Positions 26,355 through 34,395 of a stretch of DNA of 64,000 nucleotides are shown here, one piece after another (position 1 is the first letter of the stretch; each line of letters opens with the position of its first letter). The position numbers and the translations under genes were made by a program. Source of the DNA: Candidatus Acidiferrales bacterium (GTDB taxonomy: Bacteria; Acidobacteriota; Terriglobia; Acidiferrales; UBA7541); NCBI GenBank assembly GCA_052146315.1, contig JBKQNJ010000095.1, positions 33,364 to 97,363 on the forward strand, read 5' to 3'. The notes under the pieces were generated by a model. The model did not search any database. It worked only from the letters and a program-made list of their open reading frames with translations, and was not told the origin of the DNA.

Positions 26355-27181
26355 CTACCTCCGGTACTTCGAGAAAATCTCGCGAGCGATCTTTTCTGCA
26401 GTGCTGTTCTGCGATGCGAAGAAGAGATAGTAAACTATCGCGCCTTTGGAATTCTGCATCGGTAGAGGCTCCGGCACGCACTTAAAACCCCCGGCTTCCT
26501 TGAGCCTCTTCCGAAATGCTTCGGCGATTACCTCGTTTGGCTCTTTCTCGACCATAGGTCCGAACAGGCCCTGCGTAGTTCCGTATGCGACCTGTCTCCA
26601 AGACTCGTCGCCCCAAAACCGATTCATTCTCTCGACTTGTTCTGGCCTTGCTCGCTCAGGATTTCTCCATATGGCATTCCTGTTCATGTCCTGTACCGGG
26701 AAGTTCAAGAACACGTCCAAGGTTTTCATCTCTCCGGCAGTCGCCATCACTTTCCAATCTAGATGGAGTCCATATGGATCAAGCACGCAAAGTCCTCGAC
26801 GATACTGGTCATATCGGACTCGGGGGAAAACATCCTGCAGTAGTATTTCATTGCAGTCGCCTTGATAAATGAAAACATCCTTGCGCAGGCCGACAAGCTC
26901 TTGCAGGCTTCGATCTTTTCTGGGGCGATGTCGATGAGATGAAATTCCCGGAATTCCGGCCGGACAGCCAGCGCGTTAAGCGGGCTTCCGGGAACAAGTT
27001 CCTGGCTTGCCCTCGAGAGGTGCTTCCCAGCGCCGGCGAAAGCGTCGATGTAGACATGCGAAAGTGCGGCCTTCGTCTGCGAGGAGAGAATTATCGAGTA
27101 GGCAGCGGCGTATTTCTTCAGAATCTCCAGTTTGATCTCGGACCACACTCCGATCTTGTCGAATTGAAGGTGCTTGGCCAT
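26355..27181 (-). pseudogene. three-Cys-motif partner protein TcmP-like, split by a frameshift (or a sequencing error)
   Basis: The N-terminal ORF (26759-27181) has YIDAFAGAGKH, a methyltransferase-motif-I-like sequence. The C-terminal ORF (26355-26786) begins LDPYGLHLDW. My translation of the C-terminal frame upstream gives ...SLQELVGLRKDVFIYQGDCNEILLQDVFPRVRYDQYRRGLCVLDPYGL, so one continuous protein is restored by a single-nucleotide shift. Confidence 0.65.
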
Positions 27182-27267
27182 CCTTGTGGGTATCTTCGCC
27201 CTATCTTCGCCCTGCAGTCAAGCGGTGTCGCCACGACGTCACGTAAATGACGAGAGCGATGCCACAA

Positions 27268-27810
27268 CTACGAACGAGAATATTTCTCGGCGAGCCGGGC
27301 AATGGTATTTAGCCCGCGAAACGTGGCGCTGACTTTCAGGACGCGCTCGAAGCGCGCATTCGAGAATTTCGATTCGGTTTGCTTGCGTGTGCAGAGCCAG
27401 TACATTTCGCGGCCGTTGACGTGGAAATCGTCGGCGTCCGTCTTCATCGCGGCGAGGAGCTCTTGCGCGGCGGCATCGAGCGGCGTGGCGAGGAACGCGA
27501 CGCTCAGCGTCAGGGCGGCCTGCATGCGCGCTACGTCAAACGGCTTGTAGCGTGCGATGGCCGCAATCTCCGCCTCGCTTCGCAGGAACGTTTTCACCTC
27601 GTAGCCCAGCGCCTTTTCGAGGTGCGCTTCGATCTTCTGTTCGAGCGCGGTGTCGTTCTTCGCGCTCGTCGTGAAAATCACGTTGCCGCTGTTGATGAAT
27701 GTCTCGACCTGCTCGAGCCCGAGCTTCTCGAAATGGCCGCGCAGCGCCGCCATCGTCACGAAGTGGCCTCCGACGTTGATGGCTCGCAGAAATGCGATTC
27801 GTCTCGGCAT
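27268..27810 (-). CDS. DUF1697 domain protein
   Basis: MPRRIAFLRAINVGGHFVTMAALRGHFEKLGLEQVETFINSGNVIFT is the DUF1697 N-terminal signature. The ATG at 27810 was chosen. Confidence 0.8.
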   Translation of the reverse strand: MPRRIAFLRAINVGGHFVTMAALRGHFEKLGLEQVETFINSGNVIFTTSAKNDTALEQKIEAHLEKALGYEVKTFLRSEAEIAAIARYKPFDVARMQAALTLSVAFLATPLDAAAQELLAAMKTDADDFHVNGREMYWLCTRKQTESKFSNARFERVLKVSATFRGLNTIARLAEKYSRS

Positions 27811-27965
27811 CGGCTGAATCTGAAATCCTGAAATTTCAAATCTGAAATTCGCATCCGCGCATGCTTGCGCGGCACTCGGAAATGTGCCACGTTGGGTGCT
27901 GGCGCGCAAGCCACGAAGTCCGAGTGGGCCAGAGCGAAAATCAGCCGAAGGGCCGCAAGTTCATG

Positions 27966-28050
27966 CCATTTCTAATCGACACTGCGGCGATTAGAAATCG
28001 TCGTAATTGTATGAAAACAAACGACGGGCACCCATTCTAATCGACACACT
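27966..28050 (+). promoter_or_regulatory. repeat/inverted-repeat leader upstream of PPK2 (operator or RNA switch candidate)
   Basis: Direct repeat CCATT(T)CTAATCGACAC at 27966-27983 and 28032-28048. Perfect 11-nt inverted repeat atttctaatcg (27968-78) / cgattagaaat (27988-98). The second direct repeat abuts the SD aagaggagg (28051-59). Confidence 0.35.
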
Positions 28051-28072
28051 AAGAGGAGGTCCGCGAAGCGCG

Positions 28073-28888
28073 ATGGCGACAAACTTCAGCAAAGAGCTGG
28101 CAGTCAAACCGGGGACGAAAATGCGGCTGGCGGACTGGGATCCCGAAGACACGCTCGGCTGGGACAAGGGCCACAAGATGAACGCGGCCCTCGACAAGGC
28201 CATCGCGAAGCTCGACAAGCTGCAATACCTCCTGTACGCCGAGCACAAGCGCGCGCTGCTGATCGTCCTGCAAGGCCGCGACGCCGCCGGAAAGGACGGC
28301 ACCATCCGGCATGTGATGTCCGGCGTGAACCCGCAGGGCTGCCACGTGACATCGTTCAAGAAGCCTTCGGCCGAGGAAGCGTCGCACGAATATCTTTGGC
28401 GCGTCCACAAGGCCGTCCCGGAATACGGCGACATCGGAATTTTCAACCGTTCCGTCTACGAGGATGTGCTGGTGGTGCGCGTGCACGATCTCGTGCCGAA
28501 GGAGGTGTGGTCGAAGCGCTACGATCAGATCAACGACTTTGAGGAAATCCTGCATCAGAATCGCATCAAGATCCTGAAATTTTTCCTGCACATCAGCAAG
28601 GACGAGCAGAAAAAACGCTTCCAGCAGCGCATCGACGATCCCGATCGCCGCTGGAAGATTTCGCAGGCCGATTTCGACGAGCGGAAATTCTGGGACGACT
28701 ACACGCGGGCCTATGAAGATGCGCTCGCGAAGTGCAGCACGCCGCACGCGCCGTGGTTCGTGATTCCGTCAAACAAGAAATGGTTCCGCAACCTCGCGGT
28801 TTCGCACATCATCACCGAGACGCTCGAGAGCATGGACATGAAATTCCCCGCGCCCACGGTCGATATCAAGAAACTGAAATGGAAGTAA
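28073..28888 (+). CDS. ppk2: polyphosphate kinase 2 (PPK2) family phosphotransferase
   Basis: LLIVLQGRDAAGKDGTIRHV (PPK2 Walker A), FNRSVYEDVLVVRVH, EQKKRFQQRIDDPDRRWKIS, WFVIPSNKKWFRN. A strong RBS precedes the ATG at 28073. Confidence 0.9.
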   Translation: MATNFSKELAVKPGTKMRLADWDPEDTLGWDKGHKMNAALDKAIAKLDKLQYLLYAEHKRALLIVLQGRDAAGKDGTIRHVMSGVNPQGCHVTSFKKPSAEEASHEYLWRVHKAVPEYGDIGIFNRSVYEDVLVVRVHDLVPKEVWSKRYDQINDFEEILHQNRIKILKFFLHISKDEQKKRFQQRIDDPDRRWKISQADFDERKFWDDYTRAYEDALAKCSTPHAPWFVIPSNKKWFRNLAVSHIITETLESMDMKFPAPTVDIKKLKWK

Positions 28889-28948
28889 AGGAATAGAAGT
28901 AACGAAAGAGGTGCGCGAGCCAGGAGCGCATCCCGGCCCGCGCAAATC

Positions 28949-29701
28949 CTAAGCGGAAAGAACGCGCCGCGCGAATGATGCGTTGCGGTGCTTGGCCGTC
29001 ATCTGAATGGGTGAACGCTCCACGGCCATTGGCCCGAGAAGACGACGCCCGGAACCCTCCGATAGTGGCTCCGAATTCACGCGGTCCATCGCAGGACGCA
29101 GGAAGCCGGCGGCCCGGCGGGCCAGCTCGGCGCGATTTTCGACGCCGAACCGGCTCAGCAGCGATGAGATGTGGAACTTGACGGTGCGCACGGTGATGTT
29201 GAGCTTTGTAGCGATCTCTTTATTGGCCTGATTGCGTATCACGGAGTGGAGAATCTCCTGCTGGCGCGGGCTCAAGCAGGAAGGGCTCGCGACCGCGCGG
29301 CCCTCCTCGAGGAGTTCTTTTGCGCGGGACTGCAATCGGCTCGCGAAACTTCTTTCCGCCGCGACCAGAATCTCGAAATCGTCGGGGTCGGTGCCGCGGA
29401 CGAGGCACTGCATGGCCAGCAAGCCGGCCATTCGCTCCACCGTGCAATCGAGATCGGCGATGGATTCGGCGCGAAATTGGGCTGAACCGCTGGAGCGTTC
29501 GCAAAAAACAAAAGAGCTGGGTTGGTTGAGGTCTGATTCCTTGGGTTGAGGAGTGAACTTCGGAAGCGCTTTCTTCAATGTAGGCCTTCCCGTTCTGCCC
29601 TGGCGGGCATGTTCTCTGGTTTGACTCGCTTTGCTGCGACATCGCAAACGGGAACTGCTAAAGACTATTTGGGAGGCCGAAGATTTGGCCCGCCCCTTCA
29701 A
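28949..29701 (-). CDS. LuxR-family HTH transcriptional regulator (N-terminal region unassigned; start uncertain)
   Basis: LSPRQQEILHSVIRNQANKEIATKLNITVRTVKFHISSLLSRFGVENRAEL. Confidence 0.65.
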   Translation of the reverse strand: MKGRAKSSASQIVFSSSRLRCRSKASQTREHARQGRTGRPTLKKALPKFTPQPKESDLNQPSSFVFCERSSGSAQFRAESIADLDCTVERMAGLLAMQCLVRGTDPDDFEILVAAERSFASRLQSRAKELLEEGRAVASPSCLSPRQQEILHSVIRNQANKEIATKLNITVRTVKFHISSLLSRFGVENRAELARRAAGFLRPAMDRVNSEPLSEGSGRRLLGPMAVERSPIQMTAKHRNASFARRVLSA

Positions 29702-29956
29702 TTTGTAAGCTTTATTGCGAGGCAGCAGCAGGCGAAGGCAGCTGGACGGCCAAACTTGGCCGATTGTGTAAGCGTCTCAAATGGAGACGTTTAGGGCTGA
29801 GCCTGGGTACAGCAAAGGCTGTATCCTATGTAGAAAGTTCGTGACGCAAGAAATTTCTGCCGTTCTGATGGTACTGAGGCTTTTCTCGGGCTTTTCTTCG
29901 GTTCTCCCATTGGACGAGAGACCCGTTATAATCGCGCGCGCAGGGGGAATGCGACC

Positions 29957-31549
29957 GTGATCGACCGAATGTTCCAGGCTCGGCCAAGCCGTGAAACCAA
30001 ATGGCGGCTTTTTCTGCTGGCATGTGCCGCGATGCTATGGGCCGGGCCGGCCGCGTTTGGCCAGACGGGCACAATCAACCTGCCGCCCGGCTGGAAGGTG
30101 CCCCAGGGTGTGGGAGGGTGTTCGGTTGGGAAGCCGTGCGCGGAATTGGCGCCGGCGATGATTCAGCGAGCCCTGGGCCCGTCGCCACTCGAGGAAAACC
30201 TCCGCTACCTGACGGACACCATCGGCGGGCGGGTGACAGGCTCGCCGGAGGCGGACCGCGCCGTGAGTTGGGCGGTAGAAGCATTTCGCCACGCGGGCGT
30301 CGATGAGGTCCACACCGAACAATTCATGATTCCGGTCGGATGGACCGAAGGGAACACGCACGCGGAGGTGCTTTCGCCCGCGGCGTTTCCGCTGCGATTG
30401 GTTTCGGCGGGATGGTCGCCGCCAACACCGGACGGCGGAATTACCGTCGATGTGATCGACGTCGGCGACGGCGACGATGCGGGATTCAAGAAGGCGGGCG
30501 CGGACGCGAATGGCGCCATCGTGCTGGTGCACACGAAAATCATCGCAACCTGGGACGATCTGCTGAACGAGTACCTGACCGATGCGGCGATCATTCAGCG
30601 AGCCAAGGCCGCGGGAGCCGCGGCGATCTTCTGGATGTCGTCACGCCCCAACCTGCTGCTGTATCGGCATATGTCGTCACCGAACGGGCAGCTGGAGCCG
30701 ATCGCGCAGGCGATCGTGGCGCGGGAGGATGCGGAGCGCATGGCGCGGTTTCTGGCTTCGGGGCAAAAGGTCCGCGCGCACTTCGAGATGCCGAATCATG
30801 TGAGCGGCCCGGTGGGGTCGGAAAACGTGGTGGCGGAAATCCGCGGACGCGAGAAGCCGGACGAGTTCGTTCTGCTGGGCGCGCATCTCGATTCGTGGGA
30901 TCTGGGAACCGGGGCGCTCGACAACGGATGCAATGTGGCGATGTTGGTCGATGCGGCGCGGGTGATCCACTCGTCGGGATCGGTGCCGCGGCGTTCGATC
31001 CGTTTTGTGCTGTTTACCGGTGAAGAACAATGGATGCTGGGTTCGCGGGCATACGCGGGCGCGCATGGCACGGAACTCGATAACATAGATGCGGCAGTGA
31101 TATTCGACGCGGGCGATGGACCGATCACGGGATATTCGCTGGGCGGACGAAAAGACATCCTGGCGACGGTGAGCGCGGACCTCGATCCGGTCCAGTCGCT
31201 CGGCGCGAAGGATTTCACGCTCGACGCGGGCGTCGACACGGACAACTTTGATTTCCTGCTCGAGGGCGTTCCGACGCTGGTGGCGAACCAGGAGCCTGCG
31301 AACTACATTCTGAATTATCATGCGGCGTCGGATACGTTCGACAAGGTGGATATCGGGCAATTGAAACACAATGTCGCAATCGCCGCGGTGACGGCCTACG
31401 CGCTGGCGGACGCGGAAACGCGGGTTGGGCCGCGGCTGACGCGTCCCGAAATCGAGCAGCTGATGAAGGATACGAACCTCAGCCAGGAGATGAAAACCGA
31501 AGGGCTCTGGCCTGCGTGGGAAAATGGCGAGCGCGGGAGACAGCCGTAA
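29957..31549 (+). CDS. M28 family metallopeptidase with PA domain, secreted
   Basis: Signal peptide WRLFLLACAAMLWAGPAAFGQ, the metal-ligand region LGAHLDSWDLGTGALDNGCNVA, and FTGEEQWMLGSRAY. Confidence 0.85.
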   Translation: MIDRMFQARPSRETKWRLFLLACAAMLWAGPAAFGQTGTINLPPGWKVPQGVGGCSVGKPCAELAPAMIQRALGPSPLEENLRYLTDTIGGRVTGSPEADRAVSWAVEAFRHAGVDEVHTEQFMIPVGWTEGNTHAEVLSPAAFPLRLVSAGWSPPTPDGGITVDVIDVGDGDDAGFKKAGADANGAIVLVHTKIIATWDDLLNEYLTDAAIIQRAKAAGAAAIFWMSSRPNLLLYRHMSSPNGQLEPIAQAIVAREDAERMARFLASGQKVRAHFEMPNHVSGPVGSENVVAEIRGREKPDEFVLLGAHLDSWDLGTGALDNGCNVAMLVDAARVIHSSGSVPRRSIRFVLFTGEEQWMLGSRAYAGAHGTELDNIDAAVIFDAGDGPITGYSLGGRKDILATVSADLDPVQSLGAKDFTLDAGVDTDNFDFLLEGVPTLVANQEPANYILNYHAASDTFDKVDIGQLKHNVAIAAVTAYALADAETRVGPRLTRPEIEQLMKDTNLSQEMKTEGLWPAWENGERGRQP

Positions 31550-31580
31550 CCTGCGTCCGTTAGAATAAAAACAGATCGAG

Positions 31581-32084
31581 ATGGCGGCGGCGAATCCAGA
31601 AACTGGCGGGAATCGTTCGATGGCGGCGCTGGCGCGCGAAAGGCGGCGGATTTTGGCGCTGGACTACGGCCGAAAGCGGATCGGCCTGGCGGTGTCCGAT
31701 GAGTTGCGGCTTACGGCGCAGCCGCTGAAGACGCTGGCGCGAAAGAACCGCGCGGAGGACGTCCGCCGCCTGCGCGAGATTTGCCGCGAGCAGGGTGTGG
31801 CGCGTATTATCGTCGGCCATCCTGTGCACATGACCGGCGAGGCCGGACCAATGGCCGAGGAAGCAGCGCGGTTTGCGGCGCGGCTCAAGAAGGAGCTGGG
31901 CATCGAAGTGGAACTGCTGGACGAGCGGCTGACGAGCTGGGAGGCGGAGCAGACGGTGGCCGGAACGAGATCGCCACGAGGGAGAGACCGCGCGGCGCTC
32001 GACGACGTAGCTGCCGCGATTCTCCTGCGCGAATACCTCGATCGCCAATCGCCGGCGCGGGGCGCCGTGGCGGATAAGGTATAG
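31581..32084 (+). CDS. ruvX: Holliday junction resolvase-like / pre-16S rRNA nuclease RuvX (YqgF)
   Basis: ILALDYGRKRIGLAVSD ... IIVGHPVHMTGEAG ... DERLTSWEAE. Confidence 0.85.
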   Translation: MAAANPETGGNRSMAALARERRRILALDYGRKRIGLAVSDELRLTAQPLKTLARKNRAEDVRRLREICREQGVARIIVGHPVHMTGEAGPMAEEAARFAARLKKELGIEVELLDERLTSWEAEQTVAGTRSPRGRDRAALDDVAAAILLREYLDRQSPARGAVADKV

Positions 32085-32090
32085 CCGACC

Positions 32091-33146
32091 ATGAAGCGGC
32101 TTGGCCTGCTGGCACTGTTGTTGATTGCGGCGATAGGCGCCGGCGCCGGATGGCTCGATTCGAAGATCAGCCGGCCGTACCGCGGGCACCGGCCGGAAAA
32201 GGTGTTTGTCGATATTCCGCACGGATCGTCACGATGGCAAATCGCCGGGATTCTTCGGGAAGATGACGTCATCCGGAACCGGCTGGCGTTCACGCTCTTC
32301 AGCTACTGGCACTTTCGCAGGCCCATTCAAGCGGGCGAATATTATTTCGATCAGCCCGTAAACACGCGCGAGGTTTTCTGGAAGATGGCGCGCGGGCGGA
32401 TTTACGTTCGCACGATTCTGGTGCCGGAGGGCTGGACCAGCTTCGAAATCGCGGAGGAGATTCAGGAGCAGGGGATCTGCGACCGCGAGCAGTTTTTGGC
32501 TGCCACGCACGAAACGTCGCTGATTTCCGGTATGGCGCCACAAGCGCATAGTCTCGAAGGATTCCTCTTTCCGTCGACGTACGAGTTCACGCGGCACAAT
32601 TCGTGCGAGGAAGTCGCAAAACGGATGGTGGAAAATTTCAAGGCGGTGTGGGATTCGATCAAGCCGGCCGATCTGCAGACCCTGCCCGGCGGGCTCACGC
32701 CGCTGCAGATCGTGACGCTGGCCTCGCTTGTTGAGCGAGAGACGCCGGATCGGGAGGAGCGGCCGCTCGTGGCGGGCGTGTTCTACAACCGCTTGCGCAA
32801 GAGAGTTCCGCTGCAATGCGATCCGACGGTGCAATACGCGCTGGCGCTCGAAGGGCAGCTTGTGAAGGACGTGAAGCCGAAGGATTTGAAGGTTGATTCG
32901 CCGTACAATACGTACACGCACACGGGCCTGCCGCCGGGTCCGATCGCAAATCCCGGGGAGGCGTCGCTGCGAGCGGCGCTGGCGCCGGAGGTGACGGATT
33001 ATCTTTACTTTGTCGCGAACGACAAAGGCGGCCATTTTTTTGCAAAGACCCTTGCGGAGCACGATCGCAACGTCAAGCGATTGCGGAGCCGGTTGAATGC
33101 CGACGCGCAGTCCGCCGAGGGCGCATCCAAGAAGCCGCAGCACTGA
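32091..33146 (+). CDS. mltG: endolytic murein transglycosylase MltG (YceG-like)
   Basis: N-terminal TM segment, VPEGWTSFEIAE, LEGFLFPSTYEF, ASLVERET, VFYNRL, LQCDPTVQY, YNTY...GLPPGPIANPG. Confidence 0.9.
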   Translation: MKRLGLLALLLIAAIGAGAGWLDSKISRPYRGHRPEKVFVDIPHGSSRWQIAGILREDDVIRNRLAFTLFSYWHFRRPIQAGEYYFDQPVNTREVFWKMARGRIYVRTILVPEGWTSFEIAEEIQEQGICDREQFLAATHETSLISGMAPQAHSLEGFLFPSTYEFTRHNSCEEVAKRMVENFKAVWDSIKPADLQTLPGGLTPLQIVTLASLVERETPDREERPLVAGVFYNRLRKRVPLQCDPTVQYALALEGQLVKDVKPKDLKVDSPYNTYTHTGLPPGPIANPGEASLRAALAPEVTDYLYFVANDKGGHFFAKTLAEHDRNVKRLRSRLNADAQSAEGASKKPQH

Positions 33147-33154
33147 GGCAACAC

Positions 33155-33739
33155 GTGAGCACAGAACATTCCCACGAAGATTTCTCGGAGCGGTCTTCGA
33201 CGAAGAAGGAGCTAATCCTGGAAGCCGCACAGGGGCTGGGAACGCCGCGGTATACTCCCGCGGAAATCGAGCAGATTCGCAGGCAGCTGATCGCTCATCT
33301 CGGGGAAAAAGGAAAGACGTCGCCGGACTACATCGTGAGCGTTCTCGAAGAGGCAGGGATGCGAGTGGTGTGGTCCACACGCGCGGACACGGAGGGGCGC
33401 TACGAGGAAGAGTTCGCGGACCTGCTGCACTTCTCGACGCTCGAGGAAGCCGAAATGTGCCTCGTGAGGCTCGACGAGCTGCTGCGTAAATTCGCGATCG
33501 AAGGGGAGCAGAGCGCTGCGGAGCGTGTCCGCGAAGTGGCGCGACTGGGCAGACGGCGCGCGGAGATGATCGCGCGGAATCATAAAGTCGATCCGGAGAA
33601 GCGCGAGGAGAAGGAAGAGATCGCGCACTGGTTCGCCATCTGGCTCGAGACGCCGGATACCTTCTTTGATTGGCTGGAGGTGCGGAAAGAATCTCCCGGG
33701 TTCAAGAAATTTATCCACGCGGCAGACGACGAAGCGTGA
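33155..33739 (+). CDS. hypothetical protein (194 aa, acidic, helical)
   Basis: GTG start 9 nt after the mltG stop. No motif recognised. Confidence 0.5.
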   Translation: MSTEHSHEDFSERSSTKKELILEAAQGLGTPRYTPAEIEQIRRQLIAHLGEKGKTSPDYIVSVLEEAGMRVVWSTRADTEGRYEEEFADLLHFSTLEEAEMCLVRLDELLRKFAIEGEQSAAERVREVARLGRRRAEMIARNHKVDPEKREEKEEIAHWFAIWLETPDTFFDWLEVRKESPGFKKFIHAADDEA

Positions 33740-34293
33740 GCTACCTGCTAGAAATCGAAGCGCTCGATCTCGGGCCCGGCATCAAGGCGGTGGGGCTCGA
33801 GCTGTCGGAGAACGACGAGAATCGCGAGCCGGTCCGCGGGCCCGAGGCAGCGCGCATCTGGAGCCGCCTGCTGCCGGCGACGGCGGGGCAGGAACTGTGG
33901 GCGCTCGATTTTTTCAGCCATCTCGACCGGGTGCGGGATTTCTGCGATCGCCACGGGATCGCGTATCGTGAGGCGAGCGCGCGGTCGCTCGTGATTCCGG
34001 CGCCAGAGCCCGAGGCGCTCGAGTCGCTGATCGACCGCTTTCAAGCCGAGACCTTCGGCGCACGCGCCGGGGGCCTGGTTACCTCCGAAGATGCTGCCCT
34101 CGAGGGCAATCTGGCGCGGCGCGGCGTGGACGCGTATGACAAAGCCTTTCAGAACTATTTCTTCTGCGCGGTTTGTGGATTTGAGAACGGATCGCTCGTC
34201 GTGTTGAGCGAGAAACTGTGGGCGAGCGAAGTAATCCGGCGCGTCCGGCCTGTGCTCAAGGGACTTCAGGTCGAAATTCTCCTGCCAGCCTAG
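33736..34293 (+). CDS. hypothetical protein (185 aa)
   Basis: The GTG at 33736 overlaps the upstream TGA stop (GTGA), which suggests translational coupling. No motif recognised. Confidence 0.45.
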   Translation: MSYLLEIEALDLGPGIKAVGLELSENDENREPVRGPEAARIWSRLLPATAGQELWALDFFSHLDRVRDFCDRHGIAYREASARSLVIPAPEPEALESLIDRFQAETFGARAGGLVTSEDAALEGNLARRGVDAYDKAFQNYFFCAVCGFENGSLVVLSEKLWASEVIRRVRPVLKGLQVEILLPA

Positions 34294-34395
34294 CGAAAGG
34301 CCTCTACAGGCGTAGTTGATACGTTCGCTACCCTAGTATTTCCGTACCATTTCATCTGCTATTGGTTCTAGTACACTTATATTGAGACAAGTAAG

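Noticed and set aside
25359-27267. Mobile-element boundaries (integrase, transposase, tRNA, direct repeats) for the low-G+C TcmP/DUF5131 islet
   Set aside because: No integrase or transposase ORF, tRNA gene or obvious flanking direct repeat is visible by eye. I therefore call it only a compositional islet, not a defined mobile element.
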